Shown here: piece after piece, positions 23,671 through 37,780 of the stretch | Position numbering within the stretch: position 1 is the stretch's first letter | Layout: the number at the start of each line of letters is the position of its first letter | Assembly: GCA_951406725.2 (NCBI GenBank) | Contig: OX597833.1 | Coordinates: forward strand, 56,854,001-56,918,000 | DNA length: 64,000 nt | Direction of reading: 5' to 3' | Source of the DNA: Octopus vulgaris | Taxonomy: Eukaryota | The notes under the pieces: generated by a model | What the model was told of the DNA's origin: nothing | The model's input: only the letters and a program-made list of their open reading frames with translations | Databases searched by the model: none | Translations under genes and position numbers: made by a program

Positions 23671-25473
23671 AATAATGAAAGTAGTTTCCTTAAATTTCAT
23701 ACATTCCCATCTTATAGGCCACATCACTAACACTAAACAGATAGGAAAACTGTACTATTTCCATTTTCATTTGAAGACAGAATAGTACACCTGGTATATG
23801 TAAGGCTGCAACTAAATTCAGATTTATTTTTTTATAGGTTTGAATGTGTTTGGGCATCTGAATCCATCAGAAGTAAATTATATTTATGAGCTGATGTTCT
23901 TCCCATTGTTGGCGTCTGCCTTATAATATCAAAAAACTAAGGCAAATGGAATTATGTGTCTTTCTTGGAACACAGTACAGTGGTCAGATACAACCAGGTT
24001 TAAAATCTTACTCTTCAGATGGATAGAATAGTTATGTGCAATTTATTCCGTGATCAGGAATTCACCTACAGCTTTTCTTCTTTACAATACTAAACAAGAA
24101 GAATAAACCCAGAATAAAGTCAATTAAAATTACATGACAAGGGTAAAGGAAAGTTGATATCATTAATCTGCTATGGACCAAATTCTATATAACTTCATTA
24201 AGATTTATAAAGATGATTTATTAAGGTAAAGTTTAGAAGTGATTCCTATGCTTTAGAACTGTGCAAAGGCTTTGAAATATAGTTTTTTTTGTTTTTTTTA
24301 GGGAGAAGTTACAAAGAAATAAACTTTCTGATGAAATTAACAGAAATTAGGCATAGTTTGAATCTTCTAAATGAATAGAATTAACTTAGATTTCAAGGCA
24401 ACCAATCAGCATTTAATCAGATCTACAGTTGCGTTTCTTTAAAACAGGTATTATGTTATTTGGATGCCACACAAAGGAATCAATAAACATTCGGTAGTGT
24501 GGCAATTTCTATTTATAACTTTTTAGACCCAATCTCAACAGAAGAATTCTATTGATCTTATTAGCCATGCAAGACTATGGTGGTAAAGTAACAGCATTCT
24601 ACACTGATGTTTTATATTCATGTGCGCCGACATTTCTCATTGTTAGTTGCTTAATACATTTTGAAGATTATCATGTTTAGCATAGTCAAACATCTCAGCA
24701 AGCTCTCTCATTAAATAAGAGTAGATAGATGGAAAGATAAAAAGAAAATTTTAATATTTTGACAAATGAACTTCAAACAGGATTAAATGAAAAGAGCATT
24801 TTCTAAAAAAGATGTCGGACATGAAATTAATAAAAGAAACTGAAAGATTGCCATACTGGAACAGCATTAACAGTCAGATATAAAGAAATGTGGATAGAAT
24901 CCTTGAGTCTATAGAAACAGAATGGATATAGTTTGCCATTGAGATTGATAAACAAGAAATTGATTTCTAATGGTGATCTGGTGGGATTTGTGGATATTAG
25001 TCAACAATGAATTGTTTATTAACAGTAAATTAATTTTGTAATAAATATCAACACAATAAAGCTACATGTTCAGTGTTTGAAATGTTGGTCTCTATCTCAG
25101 AATGCCAAACTCAACAACAACGAATTTCCTTTAATATGGTAAGATCAATTATCTAAATAACATAATCAGTATTCAGCCAACAAAAGTGGCATGTGTCCAT
25201 GATAGCTGGCAGAATACTTCTTCCTTCTAAATTTCCTCAGTAATCTTAATAAAACAACATCAACAGCAAACAAGACTCATTATTTCACCTACTTATCACC
25301 ATCTATTCCTACCTCATGAATATAGTGTCTTAATCTTCTCTTTCATAACATCTCCATAAACCTAATTCACAAAAAAAGTCCTGAATTCACATCCATTATT
25401 TATATCACTCAAATTTAACTGCCTCCCAGTCTCACAGCTCAAATATACACATCAATATTATTTTTAATTTTAT

Positions 25474-25747
25474 TGCCAGCCTCGCCTGGCCCCCGTGCCG
25501 GTGGCACGTAAAAAGCACCATCCGTCCGTGGCCGTTTGCCAGTTCCGTCTGGCACCTGTGCGGGTGGCACGTAAAAAGCACCCACTACACTCACGGAGTG
25601 GTTGGCGTTAGGAAGGGCATCCAGTCGTAGAAACACTGCCAGATCAGACTGGGCCTGATGCAGCCTTCTGGCTTCACAGACTCCAGTTGAACCGTCCAAC
25701 CCATGCTAGCATGGAAAGCGGACGCTAAATGATGATGATGATGATGA
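25474..25747 (+). mobile_element. SINE family 1
   Basis: Two GTGGCACGTAAAAAGCACC units, GGAAGGGCATCC, (GAT)n tail. Confidence 0.9.
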
Positions 25748-28700
25748 TTCATTTTATATTTTACTACAAATTTTGACATTTGAATATTTGTTGGTGTTCT
25801 TAGATTCATCAAAAATATAGTGAAAGATTTATGTATTCTGCAATTAATAAGTAAGTTATTTATGCGAAAGTAAATTACATGTAAATATCAAATAGTGGAC
25901 AACCTGTCCAATCTGTATGAAGTATGATAAGTTGATGCTTTCAGCAATTTTCTTCCTGCTTAATCAGGGATAGGAATCAATGAATTGGTTTAAATAAATG
26001 GAAACCAATTCCAAAACCAAAACAAACAATAATAATAATGATGAACTATATTAAAAAGAAGGCATATTCAAGTTCAAAAGTACAAGTTAATTGATGGCTA
26101 AGAAAACTATAATGACGAAAGGAATTCTTCCATTATTTCACTCTAACACTTTGTTAGAGTGCAATTTTAAACCCAATAAGAACACATAAATTACACAAAT
26201 AATGCAAATAGAAAAATGCACACAAAGAGATCTTAGAATCCACACTGTTCTTGAACTTGCTAACCTTTATTGATTAACAATCTAGCTGGAAGGCATTTAT
26301 TCTCATAGCAATCAACCAAAGAAATTAACTAAAACAAATTAAAAAGTTTCATCCCATTGATCCACTCTATGAGATATTTGTAAAATCTACCTGCATAAAG
26401 CAATCATTTTGTCCAATAATTCATTCTTACTTTTTAAAAATTCTTCCTATAGATCTTGAAATATAACCCTATTTATGAAAGTATTTCTTCAAAATAATGG
26501 GTAATTCTTTTTACAGATAGTGTTTCTAATTTCCGCTTGTTATTTTAAGTTCTCATTCTTAATTCTTCCTCAGTGTGAAGAGATGAGAACCTGAAAGTGA
26601 ATCGAAGAAACAACAAAACTATTAGCTAAAATACCCAAAAGAAGAATTTTATTTTTTGGCTTAGAAGAGAAAGAAGAGTGCCCTTGACCTTTTATAGGGC
26701 CTCTAAGACTAATGGAGATAGCAGGAAGTAATGCACCAACATACTAAGTAACTCTCAGAGCTGACTCAGAGACTTGGTCTAAATGGTGGTTGCAACAGGG
26801 TGGACTCCACTAAAAGAAATGTAATACAATATATTCAAAGAGAATAAGTACAATGATCTCTTGACAAAGGAAAATTTGAAATTATTAAATAAATCACTTT
26901 GAGCCCTTCAGAGAGGACACAGAATCAACATGCATGGAAAGTGAATGCAGCAGTGACTCATCTAATCCATGCCAGAAAGGAACAGATCATGATGTTAAAA
27001 TAATGATGATGATGTTGAAGATAAAAAAATATAAACAGCTTGAATCCTATCATGATCAAACTGACCTCTTTTCTGTAACCTTAAAAGAGTTCTTTTCTGG
27101 CTGTCAATAAATTACAGATCAGCAGTTTAGATTAAATATTGAGACATTTGCAACACAAATATAAACAAAACAAATTTGACCAGAGACTCTAAACCTCAAT
27201 ATAAGGAAAGGATAGATTCCATTGCTAAATGGGAATGTGTGATGATAGATGAACAGAAAGAGATTTGGAACTCTTAGAGTTGCTAATACTATGAAAGTGA
27301 AATGATATAAACAAAAGCAAAGGAACATTATAGTTTTTACTATCAATACAACAAAATATTTCAACATTTTTTACAAAAGAAAAATAGTTGGTGTTATCAC
27401 TATAAAAGCAAGTTATTTTGCAGAACCAGCCATGAAATAGAAATATCACAGAAACACACGAGGAAGGTAACAATAATATTTGCTGAGATACTGTGACCTG
27501 AAATGTCTTATGATTACCAGTTGATTGTAACAAAACTACAAATTATGAAGGAAGTTACAACCATGTCAAAATGATCTCAATGGCATTCGACTCATGTGCA
27601 CTGGGAACAGTAGGTGGAAAACTGCACAGCAGCGGCAACAGCACTAGCAGCAACAGTGACAGTAGTAGTAGTAGTAGCAGCAGCAACAGCAGGAGCAATA
27701 GTAGTAATGATAAAATTTTAAAGCTTATTACATGCTAGAACTTGAATTATCATTGTGCAATAATTCTTCCAAAATAATATTTATGTTAGTTGATTTTTAA
27801 GGTTTAGGAATATAACAATTTGTATCAAAAAGCAACATTTGTAGAATTGCAATGGCTAATTATAAGAAATGTTAGTTTTAACTCATGGGTTGTGGATCCA
27901 TATCTCATCAGAAACAGTGTACTCTGTCTGCAAAAAGAAGCCAACTCAATAAGTAAAGTTATTCTACTTGCCAGAAATGGAGGCTGATTGAACAATGAAG
28001 ATTTATCCAAACTGACTGTGTATCTGCTTATCACAAACATTGGACCTTTGCTTTTCTCAGAGACACCTGCTGTATGTGAGCTAAAGCATAGCTGATATGA
28101 ACTGCTCAACAACAACAACACATCTCTAGAAATTATCTCACCAGAAATATGTCTATAAGAACAACAGCCACAAAAGGTTAATGAACAGAACAGGAAGCTA
28201 ACTTCAATGCACAATGATTACCATGCTAATTATCAGTATGTAAATCTAAAAAGTAATCACACACTAAACATTAAAATAAAATTTTAAAAATAAAATGAAA
28301 ATAGAATATATAACCAATAGTGAGATTAATCAGAGCTAATTTGTTTGGGAAACATGTAAGGTATCTTTCGAGAAATAATCTACACTAAGAAATAATGAGC
28401 AAATTTTTAGCAAAACGAAAGATGTTTTAACCATGCAACACAGTATTTTCTTTTCATTTTGATTATATGAGGATAGAATTAAATTAAAATGCCAATAATC
28501 ATTGCAGGAATTACTGAAGAATTTGGTCTAAGGTATATGTTAAGGCAAACAGTTTTGTAGAGTCCAAATCTCTAGGTTACTGACTACATAACTATCAACC
28601 TCACTGCTTGGATATATGTGACCTGTTTCAAAAGGAGATTTTAAAAAGGTTATGAATCCAGCATGCAGAAACATTAATGTCAATCTAAGATTGAGGATAT

Positions 28701-30432
28701 ATATATATAAATATATAAGTGATAATACATAAGTGAACATTGTTTATATAAAAGAAAAAGTAATGTCTGAGAAAAATTTTTCACTATGTTACAATGCTGC
28801 AAACCTAAATAAATAAAGCTATAATTTGAAGACAACTTTAAAAACAGATTATTTTAATAAAAAAAAAAATACTCATAATAAAATTATATATTATTAAATT
28901 AAAATATTAGCTTGTTTCATAATATCTTTTGAGTTTATCTGAAAATATATAATAATGAACACAAAATAGCTGTAATTCATATTTTTATATATAGTACAAG
29001 CAATGACCAAAAACTATTTTATCTAAACTAGTAAAGAACAAAAATTAATACAGGAGAACTAAGACAAAAGCAAAAGCAAGCAAAAAAGAAAACAAGAATC
29101 AATAGAAACAATTAATCATATTTTTCTTTGAATTCTACAAATTCACAATAATTTTTTAAAAGCCAAAGACTGAAAGCTTGAAATTTAACAAACTCAATTA
29201 ACTTTGATTGAGTACAATCTAAAATCTTCAGCTTTATTGATTTTTAGCTTTGATAAATGTTTTTCTTAAAAGAAACTCAATGTAAATTTTCTAAGAACTG
29301 CAATTATATGACAAACTGAAATAGGTGAAAGTGTTTAAATGTTTTTGCTGATATTAAGTTATACTGATCCTCAGCAGCAAATTCAGACGATCACTCACAT
29401 TCATTGTTACGCCAATCAGCTACAGTAGATTGGTAAAACTATCAGGATGTCAGAATAATATGCTCTACAGTATTTAGCTACAACCCTTTATATCCTGAGT
29501 TAAAATCCTCCTGACATCAACTTCCCTTATTATCTTTCTAGGGTCTACTAAAATAAAATAGCAGTCAAATATTGGATTTATTTACAAAACAGCTACAAAG
29601 CCAACAAATTACATTTATATCCTCCACCCCTACAAAATGGATATAAATATACTTGTAAAAATGTGCAAGTAATTGAGGCAGTAGTGTTGAATTACAATAC
29701 TTGGTTTCACTTCTCTATAATCTGAATTCTAACTTTGCCAGAGTCTATTACGTTTATCATTTTTACCATCCCTGCCACTCCACTGGTCAATGAAATAAGT
29801 ACCATACTCTCCAACAAAAATCAGCTATGCAATTCTTATAGTATATGAAAGCCATGTCAGAACTGCAAAGAAACAAAAAAGAAAGCATACAGATACTACT
29901 TTGTCATTCTGCAGTAGACTTCATTGTATCCTTATGAAAGATAATTATCACAGTGTCTATAGACAGATAACCAGTGAGCTATGTTATAACAGAATAGCAT
30001 AGTTAGAAAATGAAGAATAACCATAAGTTAAATGAGAAAACATCCTTTTATTCTATGATCGATTACGTTCATTTGATTTAATCAAGAATATGCAATAATA
30101 ATTTTTACAATGGAAAATTTGGTGGAAAAAGAAATTTTTAAAATGTACCATAGAAAAGAGCATTATTATTTATTCTTATCATTTCAGCAGCTCATTCTCT
30201 TTAAGAGTAAAGAGAATGTATACTGAAGACAAAGACAAAAGGTTAGAGATAGGAATATACATAAAATGCTTTCTGTGTTTTCAATTAGGACACAAACATT
30301 TAGCAAAGATATAACGATACTATAGTGTTTTCTAGTCAATCTTTGAATGCAGACTGGAATAAAGAATATCCATTCCATTCTGTGTCTAATGATGGTGCGG
30401 GGGGGGGGGCTATCATAGACAGATAATATAGC

Positions 30433-30659
30433 TTAACCTTTTAGTATTCAAACCAGCCATATCCAGCCAAAATATTCTACGTGTTTTAGGTTCAAACTGG
30501 CCAGATCCTGCCCCTCTCACCTACTCTACAATGTCATCCTAAACATAAACAGTCGGGTTAGGGTTAGGGTTAGCTATGAGATAGTGCATGGTTGATTACA
30601 TGTAACATAAATGAATACACATTACATTTGACAGAGTAATCTGAATGTTAAAAGGTTAA
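30433..30659 (+). mobile_element. TTAA-flanked MITE family B
   Basis: TTAACCTTTTAGTATTCA...TGAATGTTAAAAGGTTAA; colinear with 59079-59307. Confidence 0.8.
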
Positions 30660-31238
30660 AGAAGCAACAAATGGTAGTTCATTAAGGATTTCTAATATGA
30701 GAGAGAGCAAGATGAGTGAGTAGTGGACAATCAGCTGAAAGGTTATCAGCTCATATTCCGCTCTCAGGACTGTGGTTGCCTGTGGCCAACACATTTAACC
30801 CCCAACAGGCCAACGATGCATAATGATTTCATAGCTTGTAGTATTGAATTTAATTCATCATATGGGAAAAGATAAGCATTTTATTTAAAGGAAGATTTGT
30901 CTCTTATCTACTTAACACCACAAAAACTGGAGATAAGTACCAAGCCATGCAAGTGGACTACTGTATTTCAGAAAGGTATTAAGCTTTTTTCTCTTTTTTT
31001 TTAAAGAAATTCTGATAAAGGTATTTTTTTCTAAGCCATTAACAACCTTTTCTGAAATCTAAAGAAAAAAATTTACTGAACTCCATAGCACTGTTTTGAT
31101 GCTATACAAGAGAGCCACCAACAGATATATGTTCTCACAAGACAGTTAAAAAAAAAAATTATTGATGATGTTAAGGTGAATTCATTTAGTTATGAGCTAT
31201 TTGGGGAAAAATGAGTTGGTTGGCTTTATAAAATATAA

Positions 31239-31467
31239 TTAACCCTTTCGTTACCAACCCGGCTGAAACCGGCTCTGGCTCTGTTGTACAAATGTCTTGT
31301 TTTCTTAAAGTTTTAATTAAAATCTTCCACCAAACCTTAGTCACAATATATTTTCCTAACACTAGTTGAATGATAACTAAGTTATTTTATTAAATTCTTT
31401 GTTATATTTAAAGTAATTGAAAGAAACACAGAGCATCTCAAAATAAATACAGTAATGAAAGGGTTAA
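31239..31467 (+). mobile_element. TTAA-flanked piggyBac-like MITE family A, intact
   Basis: TTAA-CCCTTTCGTTAC...GTAATGAAAGGG-TTAA. Confidence 0.9.
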
Positions 31468-32834
31468 TATACTAACAAAATGGTTTGTAGGTGACTGAAT
31501 TCAGCAAAATTTCAAACACAATGACCATTGTAAATATTTTTTTCCAATGTCTGATGCAATTAATCAATTCCAATTTATGTTAATGGAAAAAGGTCAATAT
31601 TTAATGGAACAACTGTCAACCAAATTACTAACTCTAAAATTTCAAGCATTATTCATATTTTAACTGGTTTCTTCCATTCTAATACAAATATTTTCTTTTT
31701 ACAAAATTCAAGAACTAAGGCTTTGAATAACTGTCAACATAAATACAAGAGTTGCAGCTACCAAGTTGACAAGGTGATGGAGAGTACCTACTGAAGCATA
31801 TGTAGTCCATATCCTGCATTAACACTGTGAGAACACTTTATTCTTAATGGATTAGCATGTCTATAAATAGATATTATAGTTGGGAATACTGTGAAATTGA
31901 TAAAAGTTTTGTTAGCATGCAGTGCTGAGCTCAACATTTCTCTACAGTATATAACTTGAAAATGTCCAATACTACACAATAAAAATATATATAGGAAGTC
32001 TTTAGCCACTACAAACAATATAGTTTGTTATGAGATTCACCACAATAAAATAGAAAAAAACAGAGATTACAGAAAATACAAATTTCGTTTTTATGCTTAA
32101 AAAATTGTTTTAGTTCCATTAACAGAAACCAGGTTTTAAATATAAAATAGTATTTGTAAAGAGAGAAAAATAACAAAATTAAATGAAGAAATTCAGAACT
32201 GCATTCTTCATTTGCAATGAATTCAAAATAAGCTGCTCGAAGAAAACCAATCATTTTTGAACCTCCAAATAGCAAAACTAAATGCAGTAATAGTATTAAT
32301 TATCTTCACTGGAAGAGGCTTATCCATTAGTTTCTTAACTAGTAATTCTCATCTTTCTTCTTAAATTCCTCGAGTAATAAATTAAGGGAAATTAAAAGCA
32401 ATCCTTTATGCTGAAGAGCTATCAGCATTTGACAATTTCCAAAACAAGGATACACATTACATAGTGCTAGAAATAATCAATAGCAGCAGTGGTTAAGAAG
32501 ACAAACGTTGAAGAGAAATCAATAAAAATTCAATATCCTACAGTTCTGCCAGAACCACAATTGCACCGATAACATAAACAAGAAGCTTTCAAAGCCTTTA
32601 GTATTTGGGAAAGACTATTGATTACAGACAGATAATAAAAACTGGCAACATTGCAATTCTTCAGTTAAATTTTACATTTGATGAAAGCAATATTAAGTAA
32701 TATTTGGGTAAATTATCTAATTTTTGTTAAATGCTATACTTTATATATATATATAATATATATATATATTTACTTAATCAGTATTTCATGTGTTCTTTTA
32801 CATATATGTGAAGAGTTTCTGTGAAAATAAACCG

Positions 32835-33058
32835 TAAACAAAACAAGCACAAGCCTCTACTTGGTCACTTGATATGCTAGATATAGCAACCAAATTTACC
32901 TCAAATTACACGCTATTGTCTTAAAAAAAAAACTAAGTGCATATTAGATGATGTAGTTCTAAATATACTATGCCTGAAAATAAGACAAGATGGTCAGAGT
33001 TGGAATGCCTTTAATGATAGGTATTCTCAATCAGGGCTAATCTGGGCTAAACAACAAA
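32835..33058 (+). mobile_element. Interspersed repeat family X (other copies ~2865-2990, 15570-15735, 35340-35545, 44395-44670 minus, 59626-59835)
   Basis: Shared TGGTCA...CTAGAAATAGCAGCCAAAT...GATGGTCATGGCTGGAATG...GGGCTAAACAACA-like blocks. Confidence 0.65.
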
Positions 33059-33129
33059 AGCAAATACTTCAAAATGAGTTGCTTCTTTGAAATCTAATAT
33101 TCTTGCCCACTTGAAAGTATTTATCATAA

Positions 33130-33178
<49 letters not shown>

Positions 33179-33214
33179 ATATATATATGTATATTTATCA
33201 TGCGTGTGTGTGTA

Positions 33215-33447
33215 TAAAGCACCATCCATACATGGTCGATGCCAGCACCACCTTCACTGGCTTCCGTGCCGGTGGCACGTAAAAAGCACCCACTACACTC
33301 ATGGAGTGGTTGGCTTTAGGAAGGGCACCCAGCTGTAGAAACACTGCCAGATCAGACTGGAGCCTGGTGCAGCCTCCTGGCTTCCCAGACCCCGGTCGAA
33401 CTGTCCAACCCATGCTAGCATGGAAAACGGACGTTAAACGATGATGA

Positions 33448-33452
<5 letters not shown>
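33215..33452 (+). mobile_element. SINE family 1
   Basis: Family motifs; (GAT)n tail runs into (TA)n 33451-33506. Confidence 0.9.
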
Positions 33453-33509
<57 letters not shown>

Positions 33510-34392
33510 TGTATGTGTGTGTGTATATATATCATCATCATCATATATAATAAATTGTAAACAAAAATCTCAGAATTAAGGTAAAAGTGAATGGAGGGAA
33601 AAGATATTATAAAATATCAACTCAGTTCCAGAAATTAATTTTGGCTGAGATACAGTTAAGAAAATACCACAACTATACTGGTATTATTATATATATAAAT
33701 AAAAAAACAATGCTGCTTAAATGCAATTAGGTGATTCTATAGGGTTTTAAACAACTAGCTCGTCACATCTATGTCACTGGTACTCTGCCAAGTCATTAGT
33801 GAAAATACTTAATTCTCTCTATCAACAATATAGCTGAGAAGAAATCCTTTATTTGTTTTTAGATTTTAAATCACCTTACAGTAGGTTTTGCTTAGTAACT
33901 GCCTAGATAATTTCAATTGATACAAGTTTTTCAACTCATCTATATTACATGTGAAAGTCTACTGTGTTATTATTTAGTATACATGGCACTGCCTGAGGTA
34001 TTTTCCCTCAGTCTTTTAATTATCCTAGCCTAGTTCATGTAGATGCTGCAAATAGATACTATGAGTAGGTAGTTACTCATCACTGAAAAGAAAGAAAGCA
34101 TTTTATAATTGTTGTGTACTTCATTAGGGTCAATGTTAAATCCAATTTCTACTGTGGATCAGGTTCTGAGAGATGCACACACTCTACATGCTTCAACCAA
34201 ATCAAAGCATACTTGATACATATATTTTTTATTTTCATTTCTTTCAGTCATTAGACTTCAGCCATACTGGGGCAACACTTTGAAGAAATTTTTAGTCAAA
34301 TGAATGGACCTCAGTACCTTTTTTTTTAACCTGGGTGGGGGATAAAGACAGATACAGATACAAAGGCACACATATACACACACACACACATA

Positions 34393-34670
34393 TAATCATT
34401 ATCATCATTTAACATCTGTTGTTCATGGTGGCATGGGTTGGACAGTGTGACCAGGGCTGGTAAGTTGGAAGGTTGAACCAGACTCCAGTCTGATTTGGCA
34501 TGGTTTCTACGGCTGGATGCCCTCATTAATACCAACTACTCCGAGAGTTTAATGGATGCTTTTATGTGCCATGGCTGCGATTTGACTTGGCTTGATGAAT
34601 TTTCATCTCAAGCACGACATAATGCCAAGGTCCTGGTCATTCATCATGGCCTCCATGAGGCCCAACACTC
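34393..34670 (-). mobile_element. SINE family 1, diverged
   Basis: CATCATTTAACATCTG...GCATGGGTTGGAC...GGATGCCCTC. Confidence 0.75.
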
Positions 34671-34679
34671 AATATATAC

Positions 34680-34717
<38 letters not shown>

Positions 34718-34721
<4 letters not shown>

Positions 34722-34925
34722 TGCAGCACAGAATTTTGTCAGTGAACATGTCGCAGTCTCAAAGCGATGAAAATATTTTGACAAATTAAATTTAAATGTT
34801 GAAGTGAACCTAACGGATTTTGTGTGTTTCTTAAATGGCTTATAAACACTTTCCATGCTGCAATTGTTTTCGTTCCAGCACACGATCTCAGATCAGGTCA
34901 CTTGCTATGCAAGTACATCTCCGTA
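34718..34925. mobile_element. Partial DNA-transposon/MITE end embedded in (TA)n
   Basis: CpG-containing segment ending GGTCACTTGCTATGCAAGTACATCTCCG|TA; no matching left end seen. Confidence 0.4.
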
Positions 34926-36107
34926 ATATATATATATAAACAGCAGGCCTCTTTCAGTCTCTGCCTACCAAATCTGCTTACGAAGCTTTGGTTGGGCTGA
35001 GGCTATAGTAAAAGATACTTGCCAAAGGTACCATGCAATGGGACTGAAACAGTTGGGAAGCAAGCTTTTTACCAAACAACCAAAAAAAGAAGTGGTTAAT
35101 TTTGCAACTTAACAGACCATTCTTTAAAAAAAAAAAACTCTGAGAGTTATTTCTGAATGTAAGGTTTTTTTTAAAAAAAAACACAAAAAGGGAGTTGATG
35201 AAAAGATTGCTTCGGTACTATTTATAACTGTCATTTTTGTAAACTTGCATTAATTATAATATACTTGGCCATGTGAATCCAACTGTATCAGTTTGTTAAA
35301 CAATGTTTATCACAGAAGGCTACAATCAAAACAAGGGAGCTTCTACATGGTTCTTTGTCATGCAAGAAATAGCAGCTAAATCTCCCTCAATGTGCTATCA
35401 TATTTTTTAAAAAAATGTGTGGTGGGGTGTACACAATGGATAACATAGTGCTAGATACACCTAGAAAGACGAGATGGTAATGGATGGAATGCTTTGGTGA
35501 TAGTCTTACTTGATTAGGGTTGACTTAGGTTGAAGAATAGCAACTAAAACATTTTTTGTTGATACTGGAGTCTGCTATCTGAATGACAGCAGACTCCAAT
35601 GTCTGCTGTCTGAGTACACATTCATTTGCCATTTGCATCCAAACCAGCCCACTGTCAGCTTGTAAAGCTTTTCTCAAGGTCACAGTGAGGAGGGAGTGCA
35701 AGAACTAGCATACATTAACCCCATTATTACTAACAAAACAAGTACAAGAGCTGATAAAAAAAAAAAAAAGGCCCAGGTCAAGTCGAACCACTGTCAGTCT
35801 TTGTGATGCATAACATCATCCATCATCATGCGTATTTTTTACATTTGTACATATAAATTTTAGACATTTTTTTTCCATTAGACATTCTTAGGCAACCTCC
35901 CACTGCATCCCGCAATGCAAACAAATATATATTATATTCCATTATGTCACATTATATATTATTTTATATATAATTTTATATCACATTACATTATATATAT
36001 TTACTTTTTGTTTTCTTCAGACTATTTTACTATTTTTAAGAATAACAGTGTTTTTAGAAAATTACTATTTTTGAATCTCACAACGAGAGATATTCAGCAA
36101 CACTACT

Positions 36108-36480
36108 TTGGAGTAAAGATTGTTTGCCAACATAACATGGCAGTCCTGGTTTAGGACAAATGTTGTTATAATTTAGCCCCAGGAGAATCATCTCCAGCTG
36201 GCTATACGACACGATCTGTGTCCTTATATTTTCAAACAAGGGAATCTAGCACCACCCCCCCACCCCCACTCAGCTCAAAACAATATCTGTGTATTGTGAT
36301 TTCCGATATTGTTTTGAGCTGAGGGGTGGGGGTGGGTGCTAGATTCCCTTGTTCGAAATATAAGGACACAGATCATGTCGTATAGCCAGCTGGAGACGAT
36401 GTCACCTTTGGCTAAATTACAGCAACATTCATCCTAAACCAGGACTGCCATGTTATATTGGCAAACAGTCTTTACTCTAA
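36108..36480. mobile_element. Fold-back (palindromic) element, ~175-bp arms
   Basis: GAGTAAAGATTGTTTGCCAA... (36111-36287) is the reverse complement of 36305-36477; 17-nt spacer. Confidence 0.9.
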
Positions 36481-36994
36481 TCGTTCTTTTACTTTAAAAA
36501 ATCACCAAATGAGTATAAGACAAGAACATGCCAACTCTGGTTGGTTATATACTCAAACAATATATAAGACTGATTAGGGCTTCATAGCAGACATAATGCC
36601 CTTGAAAAACAAGTAAAAGTTTATTTTACTGTTCAGTAATTTATATATTTTACTGTGTTTTAAAACGATTTAGTAATATTATTCATAATGATTTGATGCT
36701 ATCACTGAGTAGGCAATAGATGAAACCATATCAACTCTGTGATTGATTCAGATTGCTACTAAAATTGATAGTCTTGATAGTCGATAGTCTAAGAAATAGC
36801 CTCTAGTCCAATATTATCTACCAATGGCATAGTATCTAGCTGTAAAAACATACCAAAAAGGAAAAACAATTATTGAAGACATTGCATGATGGATAGAATC
36901 CTTTGGTCTTCTCGGGAACAACTTCTCTAAAGCTAGTGTTGAGATGGAATGCAAGGTGTTAATGGAAGAATGAATGGAAATGTAGTTAATATAT

Positions 36995-37395
36995 GTTATT
37001 CAATTATTGTTGTATTTAGGAATGGTCATTTTGCCAGTTTAGCCAATAAAAACACACGCACTATATATTTGGTGTTACTTTGCTTCAGCATTATTTATTT
37101 TTTACATTAATCTTAATCTTATTTCGGCCAGAGTTCTTTCGTCACACTCCTGTGACCGCATCAGTGGTCCTTTGTTTTCTTCTTTCTTATTTGTGTCTCT
37201 CTTTACTAACCGTCAGATTAAGATTAATGTAAAAAATAAATAACGCTGAAGCAAAGTAACACCAAATATATAGTGCGTCTGTTTTTATTGGCTAAACTGG
37301 CAAAATGACCATTCCGAAATACAACAATGTCTGTTTCAACACACGGCTTCACATAAAAAATCTTGCACAACAAATATATAAACGTTATTCAATTA
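36995..37395. mobile_element. Penelope-like element remnant: inverted terminal repeats, hammerhead motif, 12-bp flanking direct repeat
   Basis: 114-bp arms at 37006-37119 and 37215-37328 (3 mismatches); GTTATTCAATTA at 36995-37006 and 37384-37395. Confidence 0.75.
37126..37170 (-). ncRNA. Minimal hammerhead ribozyme-like motif (variant core)
   Basis: GGACCA-CUGAUGCG-GUCAC[aggagu]GUGAC-GAAA-GAAC-UC-UGGCC. Confidence 0.55.
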
Positions 37396-37711
37396 ATAAT
37401 TCTTTAACCACTGAAATAAATTTATATAAGCAAGACAGTAATTCCATTATGTATTAGATGTATGGAATTTAAATAACATTAGCTGAGAAATATGGAAAAT
37501 AGAGAAAAGCTATCTATCATGATATGTATTTATCATAACATGTATTTACAAGACTCTTTTGTTAAAAAACGCCCCCACGCTCTCATATCTATCTATAGAG
37601 ATTAATATTAACCTATTTATCAAGTTAGAAGGCTAGAACTAAGGCTTGTAATTTAATATTAATATTTAATGTTACAAACTGAATGCAAAAGTGAGGGCAA
37701 TATACTCGGTG

Positions 37712-37714
<3 letters not shown>

Positions 37715-37759
<45 letters not shown>

Positions 37760-37780
37760 ATGTGCATGTGTGTGTGTGCA
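37715..37780. repeat. (TG)n microsatellite
   Basis: Direct. Confidence 0.95.

Noticed and set aside
27825-28214. 129-aa minus-strand ORF
   Set aside because: No recognisable motif, no ATG start or convincing donor; about one ORF this long is expected by chance in 64 kb of AT-rich DNA.
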